A stretch of 64,000 nt of DNA from contig NC_043000.1 of NCBI RefSeq assembly GCF_006345805.1, positions 25,048,001 through 25,112,000 of the forward strand, given 5' to 3'. The notes beneath the pieces are model-generated. The model did not search any database. It was not told the DNA's origin and saw nothing but the letters and a program-made list of their open reading frames with translations. How positions within the stretch are numbered: the stretch's first letter is position 1; the number at the start of each line of letters is the position of its first letter. Made by a program: the position numbers and the translations under genes. Below, piece after piece: positions 1 through 10,890 of the stretch. Source of the DNA: Octopus sinensis (Eukaryota).

Positions 1-135
1 TGTTATTTTTTCAAGACTTATACTCGCCCTGATACCATCAGTATCTACATATCAAATTTGAGTGCAATCAGATGGAGGATGCCTGAGATCCTAGAAGACA
101 CACACACAGACAGACAGAACAGATTTTATATAATA
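1..135 (+). mobile_element. 3' end of a non-autonomous Helitron-like (Lep1/HINE-type) element
   Basis: 'tatcaaatttgagtgcaatcagatg...cacacagacagacagaacagattttatataatatatat' resembles the 3' end of the element at 48486-48860 (CAGA microsatellite followed by tttatata). Confidence 0.45.
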
Positions 136-141
136 TATATT

Positions 142-770
142 GCCAAGAATTGCCAAGAAGGCTGAGGGTATCTTGGCATCAGTCACCAAGTCCTTTGTGA
201 GCCGATCTCCAGCTATCTATCTGCGGCTTTATATAGCTATGGTGCGACCTCACCTGGAATTTGTATCACCGGTCTGAAACCCCTATGTTGCCCAGGATAT
301 TAATCGCCTGGAAGCCGTTCAGTGACGTGCAACCAAGAGAATACCCGCCATCAGGCACTTGCCATATTCTGAACGCCTGGGCATGGATACACTGAAACTC
401 CGACATCTGGCAGCTGACCTGGCAGACACCCATAAAATTATTAACCATCTTACAAACAATAACTCTGAGCACCTTTTCAAACTCCACCTGTCTAACACCA
501 TGGACATGTTTACAAAGTCAGAAAACAGCACAGCTCCCATGACTTTTGTAAACATTTTTTCCCGCCAAGAGTTGCTGAAGTATGGAATGAATTGCCAGCA
601 TCAGTTGTTAGTTGTCGGAGCACTGCATCCTTCAAACTTCCATGCTTCCTGAGATTTGCCAACACTACACCTGATTTTTGTCCCCTCCAAACACACACAA
701 GCATGTATCTGACTCATACACTGTTCACTTCCCAGACATTTGTACATTACTGCATATACTCTATATGCAC
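142..770 (+). mobile_element. CR1-clade LINE, 5'-truncated, degenerate RT C-terminus plus 3' UTR
   Basis: Translation across stops/frameshifts gives LRLYIAMVRPHLEF..V*NPY..QDINRLEAVQ*RATK..LPYSERL..LKLRHL..DL..THKII..GHVYKV..FF..RV..VWNELPASVV, the typical CR1 thumb/C-terminal motifs. Confidence 0.85.
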
Positions 771-825
771 TTTTGACAAGTTGTGGTGCACCTGAGCACT
801 GTATACAATAATTTCATTATATATC

Positions 826-1062
826 TATGTGTGTGTGTGGCTTTATGTCTGTGTTTGTCCTCTCCTACCATTTGACAACCAGTGTTGGTCTGTTTACATC
901 CCTGAAGCTTAGTGGTTTGGCAAAACAGACCAATAGAATAAATACCAAGCTGAAAAAAAAAAAACTGAGTACTAGAGTCGATTCATTCCAATAAAAATTC
1001 GGGTAAGGTACTGCCCCCACATGGCCACACACTAATGACTGAAACAAGTAATAGATATAAAG
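826..1062 (+). mobile_element. tRNA-SINE family A, 3' half
   Basis: gtctgtgtttgtcc...gacaaccagtgttgg...cttagtggtttggcaaa...aataaatacc...catggccac..aatgactgaaacaagta matches the 3' half of the copies at 2093, 32645 and 44054. Confidence 0.75.
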
Positions 1063-1524
1063 TACATGCGCAATAGTTTTTAAAAGCTATCATATTCAAG
1101 TAAAGGCCACATTAGGAGAGGACAGTACGTATTTTTATATCTAATAAAAACACTAACAAGTTCATCATTAATATTGTATGTTTTCAGTTTTTTTTAAAAG
1201 AAATTAATAATAAAGCTAGGTATCTGCGGTTATATCAGACGAGTGAAATTAGTGAATATAATGAACCGTCGGTGCTGGGAAGCGGATAATTCTTGTGTTT
1301 TGATTTAGTTCTAAGGTTTGGAATGGGTGGGGAAATGTGGAGGGTGGGGTGGGCGGGGGTTGGTGTTTTTTAATTAAAAAAACTCAAAGTGCAACCACAA
1401 TGGTTATTGGTTGCAGCATAGAGGGATTGGAATAAATAAATAGAAAAATAAACAGAAATGGAAATTGTTATTTTAAGCTTCGTAGTCAGATCATTAAGAT
1501 ATAATGTTGTTTAACGAGGAAGAA

Positions 1525-1550
1525 TATATGTATGTGTGTGTGTGTGCATG

Positions 1551-1608
<58 letters not shown>

Positions 1609-2043
1609 TGTATGCATATGCATATATGTATGTATGTACATATCAATATATATACATATATATACATAGATACATACACACATGCATGGATATATAGATA
1701 CATACAAATATATATGAATGAATGTATGTATGTATGTAATGAAATTTTTTGTGTTTATTATGTAAGATTCTTCATGTGAAACGATGTGTTCAAACAGATG
1801 TTGTTGTGCAACAAATGTCACACACACACACACACACACACTGAAAACTTATTTGTCGGCTTTTAGATTTGTTAACTTCAAACTTGTATTACATAACTTT
1901 TAAAATATATATGTACATAAACAGCAAAAAAAAACATACATACATGCATCTATTCATATATATATATATGCATGCATGTCTATAAATTCATATAAGTGTA
2001 TATATGTATGTATATGTACATATATATATATACACACATATAG

Positions 2044-2092
<49 letters not shown>
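1525..2092. repeat. Compound (TA)n/(TATG)n/(CA)n microsatellites
   Basis: Direct reading of the sequence. Confidence 0.9.
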
Positions 2093-2094
<2 letters not shown>

Positions 2095-2584
2095 TGCAGG
2101 AGTGGCTGTATGGTAAGTAGCTTGCTTACCAACCACATGGTTCTGGGGCCAGTCCCACTGCATGGCATCTTGGGCAAGTGTCTTCTACTATAGCCTTGGG
2201 CCAACCAAAGCCTTGTGAGTGGATTTGGTAGACAGGAACTGGAAATAGCCCATTGCATATATGTATATATATATGTGTGTGTGTGCATGTTTGTGTGTCT
2301 GTGTTTGTCCCCCTCGCATTGCTTGACAACCGATACTGGTGTGTTTATGTCCACGTCACTTAGCAGTTCGGCAAAAGAGACTGATAGAATAAGTACTCGG
2401 CTTAAAAAAGAATAAGTCTAGTACTTATTCTTTGTAAGTACTAGACTTACAAAGTACTAGTACTAGACTTACAAGTCTAGTACGAGACTTACTAGTACTA
2501 GACTAGTCGATTTGCTTGACTAAAGGTGGTGCTCCAGCATGGCCACAGTCAAATGACTGAAACAAGTAAAAGAGTAAAGGAGAG

Positions 2585-2585
<1 letters not shown>
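2093..2585 (+). mobile_element. tRNA-derived SINE family A (CORE-like central domain), full length
   Basis: A-box-like ggctgtatggtaag, B-box-like ggggccagtccc (ggttcagtccc in other copies), CORE-like cttgggcaagtgtcttct, internal TA/TG microsatellite and aaagagt tail. About 18 copies or fragments occur in the window. Confidence 0.9.
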
Positions 2586-2618
<33 letters not shown>

Positions 2619-2714
2619 CACACACTTATGTATGTATGTATGTATGTATGTATGTATGTATGTATGTATGTATGTATGTATGTATGCATATATGTATGTA
2701 TGTATATATATATA

Positions 2715-3165
2715 ATGCCAGTGCCGCCTGAGTGGCATCCGTAAAACAATATGAAAGTTGGTTATGCATGCATATTAAGGTGTGTTCTGTATTTTTCAAT
2801 GAAAAAATTTCTTTATTTAAATCTTCTTGTGGAGAGATTGTGTCTTTGCACTGATAGGAGAGGAAGACTGTGATATTTGGTTTGATGTTACCTGCACATT
2901 TTTCTGTATGTCCACTGAGAGGAATTTGCCTGTATTGCGGGAAACTGATTTGTTCTTTATGTAGAGTGATTCTCCATCTCAAGGTCATACTCGTCTGTTC
3001 AATATAGTTGTGTCCACATCCCAAGCAGGCTATTACATCAATTAGATTCTCAGAGGCACATGTGAAACTAGTTTTAATTATGAACCTCTGTCCTTGTTTG
3101 AAAAGGAAACTGAGCCTTCAAGTAAGTTGGGGCAGGTTCCATAGTTTGGGCGTCGACACATCTTG
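2715..3165 (-). pseudogene. Penelope-like element GIY-YIG endonuclease C-terminal fragment
   Basis: Minus strand reads CRRPNYGTCPNL / FKQGQRFIIKTSFTCASENLIDVIACLGCGHNYIEQTSMTLRWRITLHKEQI..RQIPLSGHTEKC and ends KYRTHLNMHA*. This is a degenerate GIY..CxxC..YIG endonuclease with an upstream Cys motif. Confidence 0.85.
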
Positions 3166-3560
3166 ATATGCATGCATAACCAACTTTTATCTTTTTACAT
3201 ATTTCAATTCACGATTACATCACTGCATATAAATCCCCTCACTAAACAAGTTTTTCAAAACTTTTTTGTGTATATATTCCCCTCCCCTACCGAAAGCTGA
3301 CCAGTTATCTCCCTTGCCCACAACAAAAATAATAATAATACTGATAACCAATTACCTCCTCTTATTTTTGTACTTATGATGTCATTCACTCATAAATATC
3401 ATCACACACAACATGGATAAAAATTTCTTCTTAAGAAAATACATGTTCAAATAAGTAAACCATAATATTATGAATACCGAAAGCGAAACTGGTCGATATA
3501 TTAAAAATTATATCAAAACTATGTAAAGTGTGTGTATTTTCCTTTTTTAATTTTTTACTT
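3166..3560 (+). mobile_element. Inverted copy of the same PLE 3' end (pLTR-like)
   Basis: 3166-3187 is the exact reverse complement of 2754-2775 (22 bp spanning the ORF stop codon). The right boundary is uncertain. Confidence 0.55.
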
Positions 3561-3756
3561 ATATATGTGTGTGTGTGTGTGTGTGTAAAATAATAAAGGT
3601 AGCTGCAAGCAATTTAAAACCAAAAAGGAAATAACTCACCGTCACTAAAAGTGACCAAAGGTTGCAATGAGCACCAACATAGCTAGAAATAGGAGTCAAA
3701 GGCTCAGCAACCAGGCCACACTAGGTTGCAAAAAAGGTGTATGCATTATCAGGTCG

Positions 3757-4455
3757 CTGTAGAACTGTGCCATTGACCACATCACAATGAAACTTTGTTA
3801 GTAATTAGGACACAAGGAAACTGTCACATTGACCAGGTTACAATGGAGATGTCTGGACCATGTTACAATAGAACTGTATCAGTGACCAGTCACAATAGAA
3901 CTGTGTCAGACCCAGATTATGATGAAACTGTGTCAATGACCAGGTCACAATAAAACTGTGCCACTAACCAAGTCACAATGTATCTGTACTTGTGACCAGG
4001 TCACTGTAGAACTGACATGACCAAGTCACAATGTAACTGTATTTGGGATTAGGTTGCAAAGGAATTCCATCAGTGACCAGGTCAAAATAGAACTGTGTCT
4101 GTGAGCAGGTCACATGGAAATTGTGTCAGTGACCAGGTCTGAATGGAACTGTGTCAGAGAGCTGGTCACAATGTAACTCTGATATTGATCTGGTCACTAA
4201 TATGGAAATGTATCTGTGATCAGGACATGGTGGAACTGTGCAACTGAATAGGTTATCCTGATCAGGTCACAATGGGACTGTGACACTGGGCAGGTCACAA
4301 TGAAACTGTGACACTGAGCAGGTTACACTGGAACTGTGTTGGTGACAAGGCCAGAGCGGAACTGTGTCAGTCACCAGGTCACCATGGACATGTGTTGGTG
4401 ACTAGATTATATTAGAATTGTATTAGTGACCAAGTCACTATGGAATTGTGTCAGT
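3757..4455. repeat. 28-bp minisatellite, about 25 diverged units, consensus GAACTGTGTCAGTGACCAGGTCACAATG
   Basis: The gtgaccagg core recurs at 4073, 4101, 4129 and 4157 (28-bp period). Confidence 0.9.
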
Positions 4456-4456
4456 A

Positions 4457-4575
4457 ACCACATCACACCACCATCACCACCACCACCACTACCACCACCA
4501 CTACCTCCATCATCATCACCACCACTACCACCACCACCACCACCACCATCACCATCATCATCATCAACATCATGA
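4457..4575. repeat. (CAC)n/(CAT)n microsatellite
   Basis: Direct reading. Confidence 0.9.
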
Positions 4576-5035
4576 TCATTTAACTTTAATTTTCTGTGCT
4601 GGCATGGGTTGGATGGCTAGAAAGGAACTGCACCAAGTTCCATTTTCTGTCTTGCCATGGTTTTTATGGCTAGGTGCCTTTGATGTGGCACCAGCACCAA
4701 TGCTTTTGATGTGGCACCAGCACTATTGCTTTTCATGTGGCACCAGCACCAGTACTTTTAATGTGGCACCAGCACCAGTGCTTTTTATGTGGCACCAGCA
4801 CCAGTGTTTTTCATGTGGCACCAACACCAGTGCTTTTTATGTGGCACCAGCACCAGTGTTTTTCATGTGGTACCAGCACCAGTGCTTTTAATGTGGGACC
4901 AGCACCAGCACTTTTCATGTGACACCAGCACCAGTGCTTTTTATGTGGCACCAGTGTTTTTCATGTGGCACCAGCACCAGTGCTTTTAATGTGACACCAG
5001 TACCAATACTTTTCATGTGGCACTAGCACCAATGC
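4576..5035 (-). mobile_element. RTE-family 3' end variant carrying a 26-bp minisatellite (4685-5030)
   Basis: Starts catttaac..tgctggcatgggttggatgg like the other RTE tails. The unit gtggcaccagcaccagtgctttttat starts at 4685, 4711 and 4737. Confidence 0.75.
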
Positions 5036-6034
5036 TAACTTTCCACCAAAATTCCATGTTCATTTATGCCCCAAAAACCAGCTTAATAACATCAAAATTA
5101 TTTCATTAAATTTTTCATTATTTTCAAATTTATTTGAAACAAAGGAATTTCAATAGAAATTTGAAAACAAAAGAGTTAAGACAGAAGCATGTAAATTGAG
5201 GGGGACATGGTTATTATTTCTGACAAGTCAATCAACCAGGTAGAGGGCCCCGCTCAATGACTGCAGTGTTACTTTCACCAACACCGCACCCCTTTCCACC
5301 GTTCTTACAAAAGCCCAAACACATACAGCTGCAACATCGAGTTTACCACCCACCTCTCCTTCGAGCCATCATTCCCCATATATCTGTACAACTCCTCCGA
5401 TATTAAACACCTAGAAACCTGGCACCAAGCAGATTAAAAATAGCGTCTTCCACATCTTCCCTTTCTCTACTTCCAAGTAACATCATTATCATCATCATCA
5501 TCATCATCATCGTCATCGTCATCATCATCATCATCATCCTTCAAGGTATAAACCAGCCATTGCAGCTTGGTAACATGAACAGATTTAACTCACATAAGAC
5601 ATAAAATACCAGGAATTACCAACAATACAACCTAAACTATTTAGATAATATTGAACATAGAATAAGGGAGTCTCTATGTAGTCACTAGACTTGCTAGAAA
5701 TAGCAGTTAAATTTTCCTCTCAAATTACATTGTGTTGTCATTAAAAAAATAAAAAAGAAAAGAAGCAATAATAAAGTCCTAGGTACTCAATACCTGCATA
5801 AAGAGGTGATGGTCAGATCTGGAGCAACTTTGATCATAGGTCTGGGTCTGCACATTCAGGGCTCACCTTGGACTAAACAAAAACACATAGGAGATGAATC
5901 TGAGGGTACCTCTATGTGGCCATTCGAGCTGCAAGAAGTAGTAGCCAAATTTTCCTCAAATTACATTCTACTGTCTTAGAATAAGGAAGAACACATGGAA
6001 TAATGGAATCTTAGATGCATTGTCGTTGTCGTCA

Positions 6035-6520
6035 TCATCATCATCATCTTTTAATGTCCGCTTTCTATATTGGCATGGGCTGGACCATTTGACTGAGGAC
6101 TGGCAAGCCAGGTGGCTGCACCAAGCTCCAATCTGATCTGGCAAGGTTTCTAAACTGGATGCCCTTCCTAATGCCAACCACTCTGAGAGTGTGATAGGTG
6201 CTTTTTATGTGCCACCGGCATGGGAGCCAGTCAGGCAGCACTAGCATCAACCATGCTCAAATGGTGCTTTTTATGTGCCAACAGCACATGGTCAGTCAGG
6301 CAACACTGGCATTGACCACACTTGAATGTTGCTTTTCATGTGCCACTGGCACAGGATCAGTCAGGCAACACTGGCATTGACCATGCTTGAATGGTGCTTT
6401 TTATGTGCCACCAGCATGCGGCCAGTCAGGCGGCATTGGCATAGGCCACAACAATGATTTCACTTGACTCAACAGGTCATTTCAAGCACAGTTTATTGCC
6501 CAATGGTTGAAGGGTACTCT
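6035..6520 (-). mobile_element. RTE LINE 3' UTR fragment with (ATG)n tail
   Basis: Same sequence family as 14308-14895, which is contiguous with the RTE RT ORF. Confidence 0.85.
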
Positions 6521-6854
6521 TAGTAACAACAACAACAACAACAAATGGTAATGGTCACAGCCAGAATGCTTTTGTTCATAGGTCTGTTTGGCCATGGCTG
6601 ACCTGAGCTTAAGCAATAATGACTGGTACTCTATCTGAATAAGAGATGTGATGGCCATGTCTAGAGTGCCTTTCATCATAGTTTTACTTGGCTAAGGTTG
6701 TTCTGGGGTCAGACAACAATGATTGATGGTAGATACACTTTGTCTGAATAAAAGGTGTGATGGTCACAGCTGGAACACCTTTGATCATAGGTCTACTAAG
6801 TCAGGACTGACCAGGGGCCAAGGAACAAGGACTAACAGAAGATACAGTATTTTA

Positions 6855-7237
6855 TATGTTTATATGCATGTATGTATGTATGTATGTATGTATGTATGTA
6901 TGTATGTACGTACGTGTGTGTGTATGTATGTATGTGTACACATATGTATGTATGTATGAGTGTGTGTATGTATGCATGTATGTATGTGTGCATGTATGTA
7001 TGTGTGTGTATGTATGTATGCATGTATGTATGTGTGTGTATGTATGTATGTATGTGTCTGTCTATGTATGTATGAATGCATGTATGTATGTATGTATATA
7101 TGTATGTATGCATGTATGTATATATGTATGTACATGTGTTTGTAAATATGTATGTACATGTGTGTATGCATATATGCATGTATGTATGTATGTACGTATG
7201 TATGTATGCATGTATGTATGTATGTGTGTATGTATGT
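6855..7237. repeat. (TATG)n/(TGTG)n microsatellite
   Basis: Direct reading. Confidence 0.95.
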
Positions 7238-7802
7238 TGCCGCTCGTCACCTCTTCTTTCCTGAGTCACCCCTATATCATTAACCTTCCTCCCCATACTA
7301 GTGCTTACCCCTGACCACATCTCAGCCCTTGTTTCTTATTCACCCCCATTCACCTCCACCGCCATCCTTAACCATCGGTCACTCTCCTCTCATTCTCTTA
7401 TGAACTAACCCACCAACCCTTTCCAATCCTCTGTTCATTTTCTTTTTTACACTCATTTCCCTGTACTCAGTGGTGGCATGTGGGTTAGTAGTGCTTTGAT
7501 ATTCAGCTTACGATCATAATGTTATGAGTTCAATACCCAGCAGAGCCTTCTGTCATTGAGCAAGACCCTCTATTTCATGGCCCCCCCCCATCCATTACAA
7601 AATCCACGATATCATATAGTACTTATTTGTTACAAGTAATTAATGTTTTAAAGCAATATTTTAAGAAAAAATACTCTACCAGGATTCATTTATCTGCTGG
7701 TTCAGTACAGCCTCTAATTCAAAATATATTTTTTTAATATTTCGTTTTCGGATTTGGTTGCAAGATTCTTTATATGAGTTCATGTATTGAAGCATATTCT
7801 GT

Positions 7803-7986
7803 TGTGTCTGGGGAGAGTCATTCTCTTTTGGTGCCTTATAATTTAACACACTCACTGGTAAAATTTCCACTTATTTCTTATTTTTATTTTTAAAAATAAA
7901 AATAAAAATAAGAAATAAGTGGAAATTTTACCAGTGAGTGTGTTAAATTATAAGGCACAAAAAGAAAATGACTCTCCCCAGACACA
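7803..7986. repeat. Spacer-less palindrome with ~88-bp arms
   Basis: tgtgtctggggagagtcatt...ttatttttattttt | aaaaataaaaata...aatgactctccccagacaca; the arms differ by a few substitutions and one extra aataaa unit. Confidence 0.9.
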
Positions 7987-8649
7987 TAAATCCACTTCTC
8001 TCTCTCTACTACTACTCCACTCGCTCAAGAGGGGTTTTTCTTACTTTGTCCTGCAAATTACTTGGTGACCTCAAAAGTGCTGGTGCCACAAAAAAAAAGG
8101 GACATAATACACTTTGTAAAGTGGTTGGTTTTAAAAAGGGGCATTCAGCTATAAAAACCATGCAGTGGCTCCTGTCAAACCATCCAACCCATACCAGCAT
8201 GAAAGTTGGATATTAAATGATGATGACGATGACGACCATGACGATGATAATGACAACAAAAACGACAATGATGATATATAAAATCATTATATGTAAATTC
8301 ACATTACACTGCCAAAAAGATAGCATGTTAGTACTAGAGTTCATATATAAAAATTATGCATTTTATCGATTGAGAGTATTATTAGCACTTATATAAATAT
8401 AAATTACTACTTATATAAGAACATATATCAAAGAAAACTTTGTACTCATTTAATCTTATTGATGATTAGTCTACTAGACAGCCATAGACGACCAGGTCTG
8501 GAGAGTACCAGCTAATCAGTCATATGGTCAATGATTTCCTATTTACATTGGTATTGTATTGTTGTCCAAAATACTCAATGGCTAACTCTAAATATTGCTA
8601 ACTAGACATCACTGAAATTTATAATTCACTGTTGCACAATAGCTGTGGA

Positions 8650-9263
8650 AGTGGAAGAATATTTGACTGGCATAGGTTGTGTATCCAGGCAGCATTGTCT
8701 CAAAGACAGGTGGAATAAAGGAGGATGTGAGGCCCAGGATTGGCAAGGTCTGGTATGATTTCAACAGTCTTTGACTGGTCTGGAACTTCAAAGCCATCCC
8801 CTCGAAATAAAGCTCTACATCTTCAATTCCATTGTCAAGCCATTCTTCTTTATGGATCAAAGACTTCAAAGGTCATCAAAGTTATTATGAGTGATCTACA
8901 GACCTTCGTCAACAAATGTCTGCAGAATGTTTCGAAGATCTGGCAGTTGGACAACATTTCAAACAGAAGTCTGTGGGATAGAACAAACCAAACTCCCATC
9001 AATCATGAAATTCTGAAAAGGAAATGGGCTGGATTGGTAATGCTCTTAGGAGACCTCAGAGTAGCATTGCAAGACAAATGTTAGGCTGGCAACCTGAAGG
9101 AAAGTTGGACGAAGAAGACCTGGAAAAGATGCATGGAAGATGAAACGAAGGCAACTGTTCTCTCTTGTTCTGAAATCAAGGAGGTCATCCAAGATCATGT
9201 CCACTGACATGAAATGTTCTCAGCCTTGTGCTCCTCAATGAGTAATGTGGACTAACTAACTAT
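8650..9263 (+). mobile_element. RTE-1/BovB-like LINE 3' fragment with (CTAA)n tail
   Basis: Degenerate GSIVSKTGGIKEDVRPRIGK..IFNSIVKP.LLYGSKT..LQTFVNKCLQ..ISNRSLWDRTNQTPI..RKW.WIGN.LRRPQSSIARQML.WQPEGK; the element ends ctaactaacta. Confidence 0.85.
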
Positions 9264-9309
9264 TAGAGACTTATAACAGCATTCTACTGCATTTTATAGA
9301 ATAATGTGT

Positions 9310-9583
9310 GTCCTACTGGTGTCCTGTTTACTGATATTCTATAGGATAGTGTCCTACATACTGGTTTTCTGTATACTGGTGTCTCATACACTATAGGCTT
9401 ATATTCTCCACTCTGGTATCCTATAAACTGATGTCTTATTTACTGGTATCCTATAAGCTGGTGTCCCATATGCTAGGGTCCTATTCACTGGGGTCATATT
9501 TATTGGTATCCTACAGGCTGGTGTCCCATATACTGGGATCCTATTCACCGGGGTCCTATGTATTGGTGTCCTCTACACTGGAG
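9310..9583. repeat. 15-bp minisatellite with 60-bp higher-order repeat
   Basis: The 60-base lines starting 9421, 9481 and 9541 align in register. The base unit is about ACTGGTGTCCTATAT. Confidence 0.85.
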
Positions 9584-9979
9584 TGGGGATAGATATAATT
9601 TGTTAAGGTAGATTTTTTACACCTAGATACCTTTTCTGTCACCAACCTTCTATTTTGAAATAAGGTAATATTTACCCCTGACCAGACATGTTTTTACAGA
9701 ATATTAGAAATGAAAGACAACACTTGCAAGATGGTGACACTCATTTAGGACTCTCAGGCAAAGTAAAGAGAAGGAAGAACTAACACACATACACACATAT
9801 AAACACATGCACACACACACATACATATATACACATGTATAGTCAGCCCCCATTACTCAGCAAGGGACATAGGGCCTGTTTCCTGGTTTCTCTGTGTTGT
9901 GTCTTGTCGACACTGTTATGTCCTTCTTTGAACTCACTGTCGATGCCACTTTATAACATGGACTTATAACAAGGTTAGT

Positions 9980-10312
9980 GAAGGTGTTTGGCTCAGTGGT
10001 TAGAGCATTGAGCTTACAATCGTTAGGTTGTGAGTTCAATTCCCGGATCAGGCTGCATGTTGTGTTCTTGAGCAAGACACTTTATTTCACGTTGCTCCAG
10101 TTCACTCAGCTGTAGAAATGAGATGCGATGTCACTGGTGCCAAGCTGTATCAACCTTTATCTTTTCCTTGGATAACATCGGTGGAATGCAGAGGGGAGAC
10201 TGGTATGCATGGGCGACTGCTGGTCTTCCATAAACAACTTTGCCTGGACTTGTGCCTCAGAGGGTAACTTTCTAGGTATAATCCCATGGTTGTTCATGAC
10301 CGAAGGGGGTCC
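9980..10312 (+). mobile_element. tRNA-derived SINE (head type D, own tail)
   Basis: A box tggctcagtggttag, B box gagttcaattccc, and core ttgagcaagacactttatttcacgttgctccag. Confidence 0.85.
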
Positions 10313-10544
10313 AAAAAAATAATAATAACAAGGTTATAACAATACAAATATAAATCAGAAGCAATAAGTAACAAACAATATCTCTTCTGATGACTTCTAT
10401 GACTGTCTTCACGAAACGCCTGCACACACCACACTGTCCTTCACTGACAGTGCGTATGTGCCTTTATATGGTTTAGGGCAGTTGATTTGCTATCCCACAG
10501 GGGTGTCAGGATTTCACCACAATACTCTGGCTTATATATTCTTC

Positions 10545-10715
10545 ACTGGATGGCACCCTGGTCTGTAACAGGATTACTCATTTTTACCAGCTGAGTGGAC
10601 TGGAGCAGTGTGAAATGAAGTGTCTTGCTCAAGAACACAATGCATCACCCGGTCCAGGAATTGAAACCACAATCTTACGATTATAAGTCCAATGCCATAA
10701 CCACTAAGCCAATGC
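10545..10715 (-). mobile_element. tRNA-SINE head D fragment
   Basis: Reverse complement of the head and core seen at 9980 and 55053. Confidence 0.7.
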
Positions 10716-10744
10716 TTGGGTCAACTAGGTATAACAGGATTCTT

Positions 10745-10890
10745 TTTAATTTCCATCTACAAAGTCCTTCCACAAAGTTTTGGGTGGACATGGTCAATAG
10801 TAGAAGATGTTTGGCCAAGGTACTACACATGGGGATTGAACCCCAAACCACACCATTGGGAAGCAAGCTTATTAACCACACAGCTATACC
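10745..10890 (-). mobile_element. SINE family A head, diverged
   Basis: Reverse-complement similarity to 2093-2240. Confidence 0.6.

Noticed and set aside
1486-2354. Multiple 60-124 aa ORFs rich in Y/I/C/V/H/T (likewise at 6.8-7.3, 51.0-51.6 and 53.6-54.2 kb)
   Set aside because: They are translations of TA/TG/TATG microsatellites.
3465-3500. Hammerhead-like remnant (atgaataccgaaagcgaaactggtcgatat) in the PLE 3' region
   Set aside because: GAAAC..GUC and a possible stem I are present, but the CUGA core and stem II are not intact; too degenerate to call.
4448-4989. His-rich / APAP-repeat ORFs
   Set aside because: They are translations of (CAC)n and the 26-bp minisatellite.
3757-5035. CRISPR-like appearance of the 28-bp and 26-bp arrays
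   Set aside because: The units are contiguous with no unique spacers, there are no cas genes, and the context is eukaryotic.
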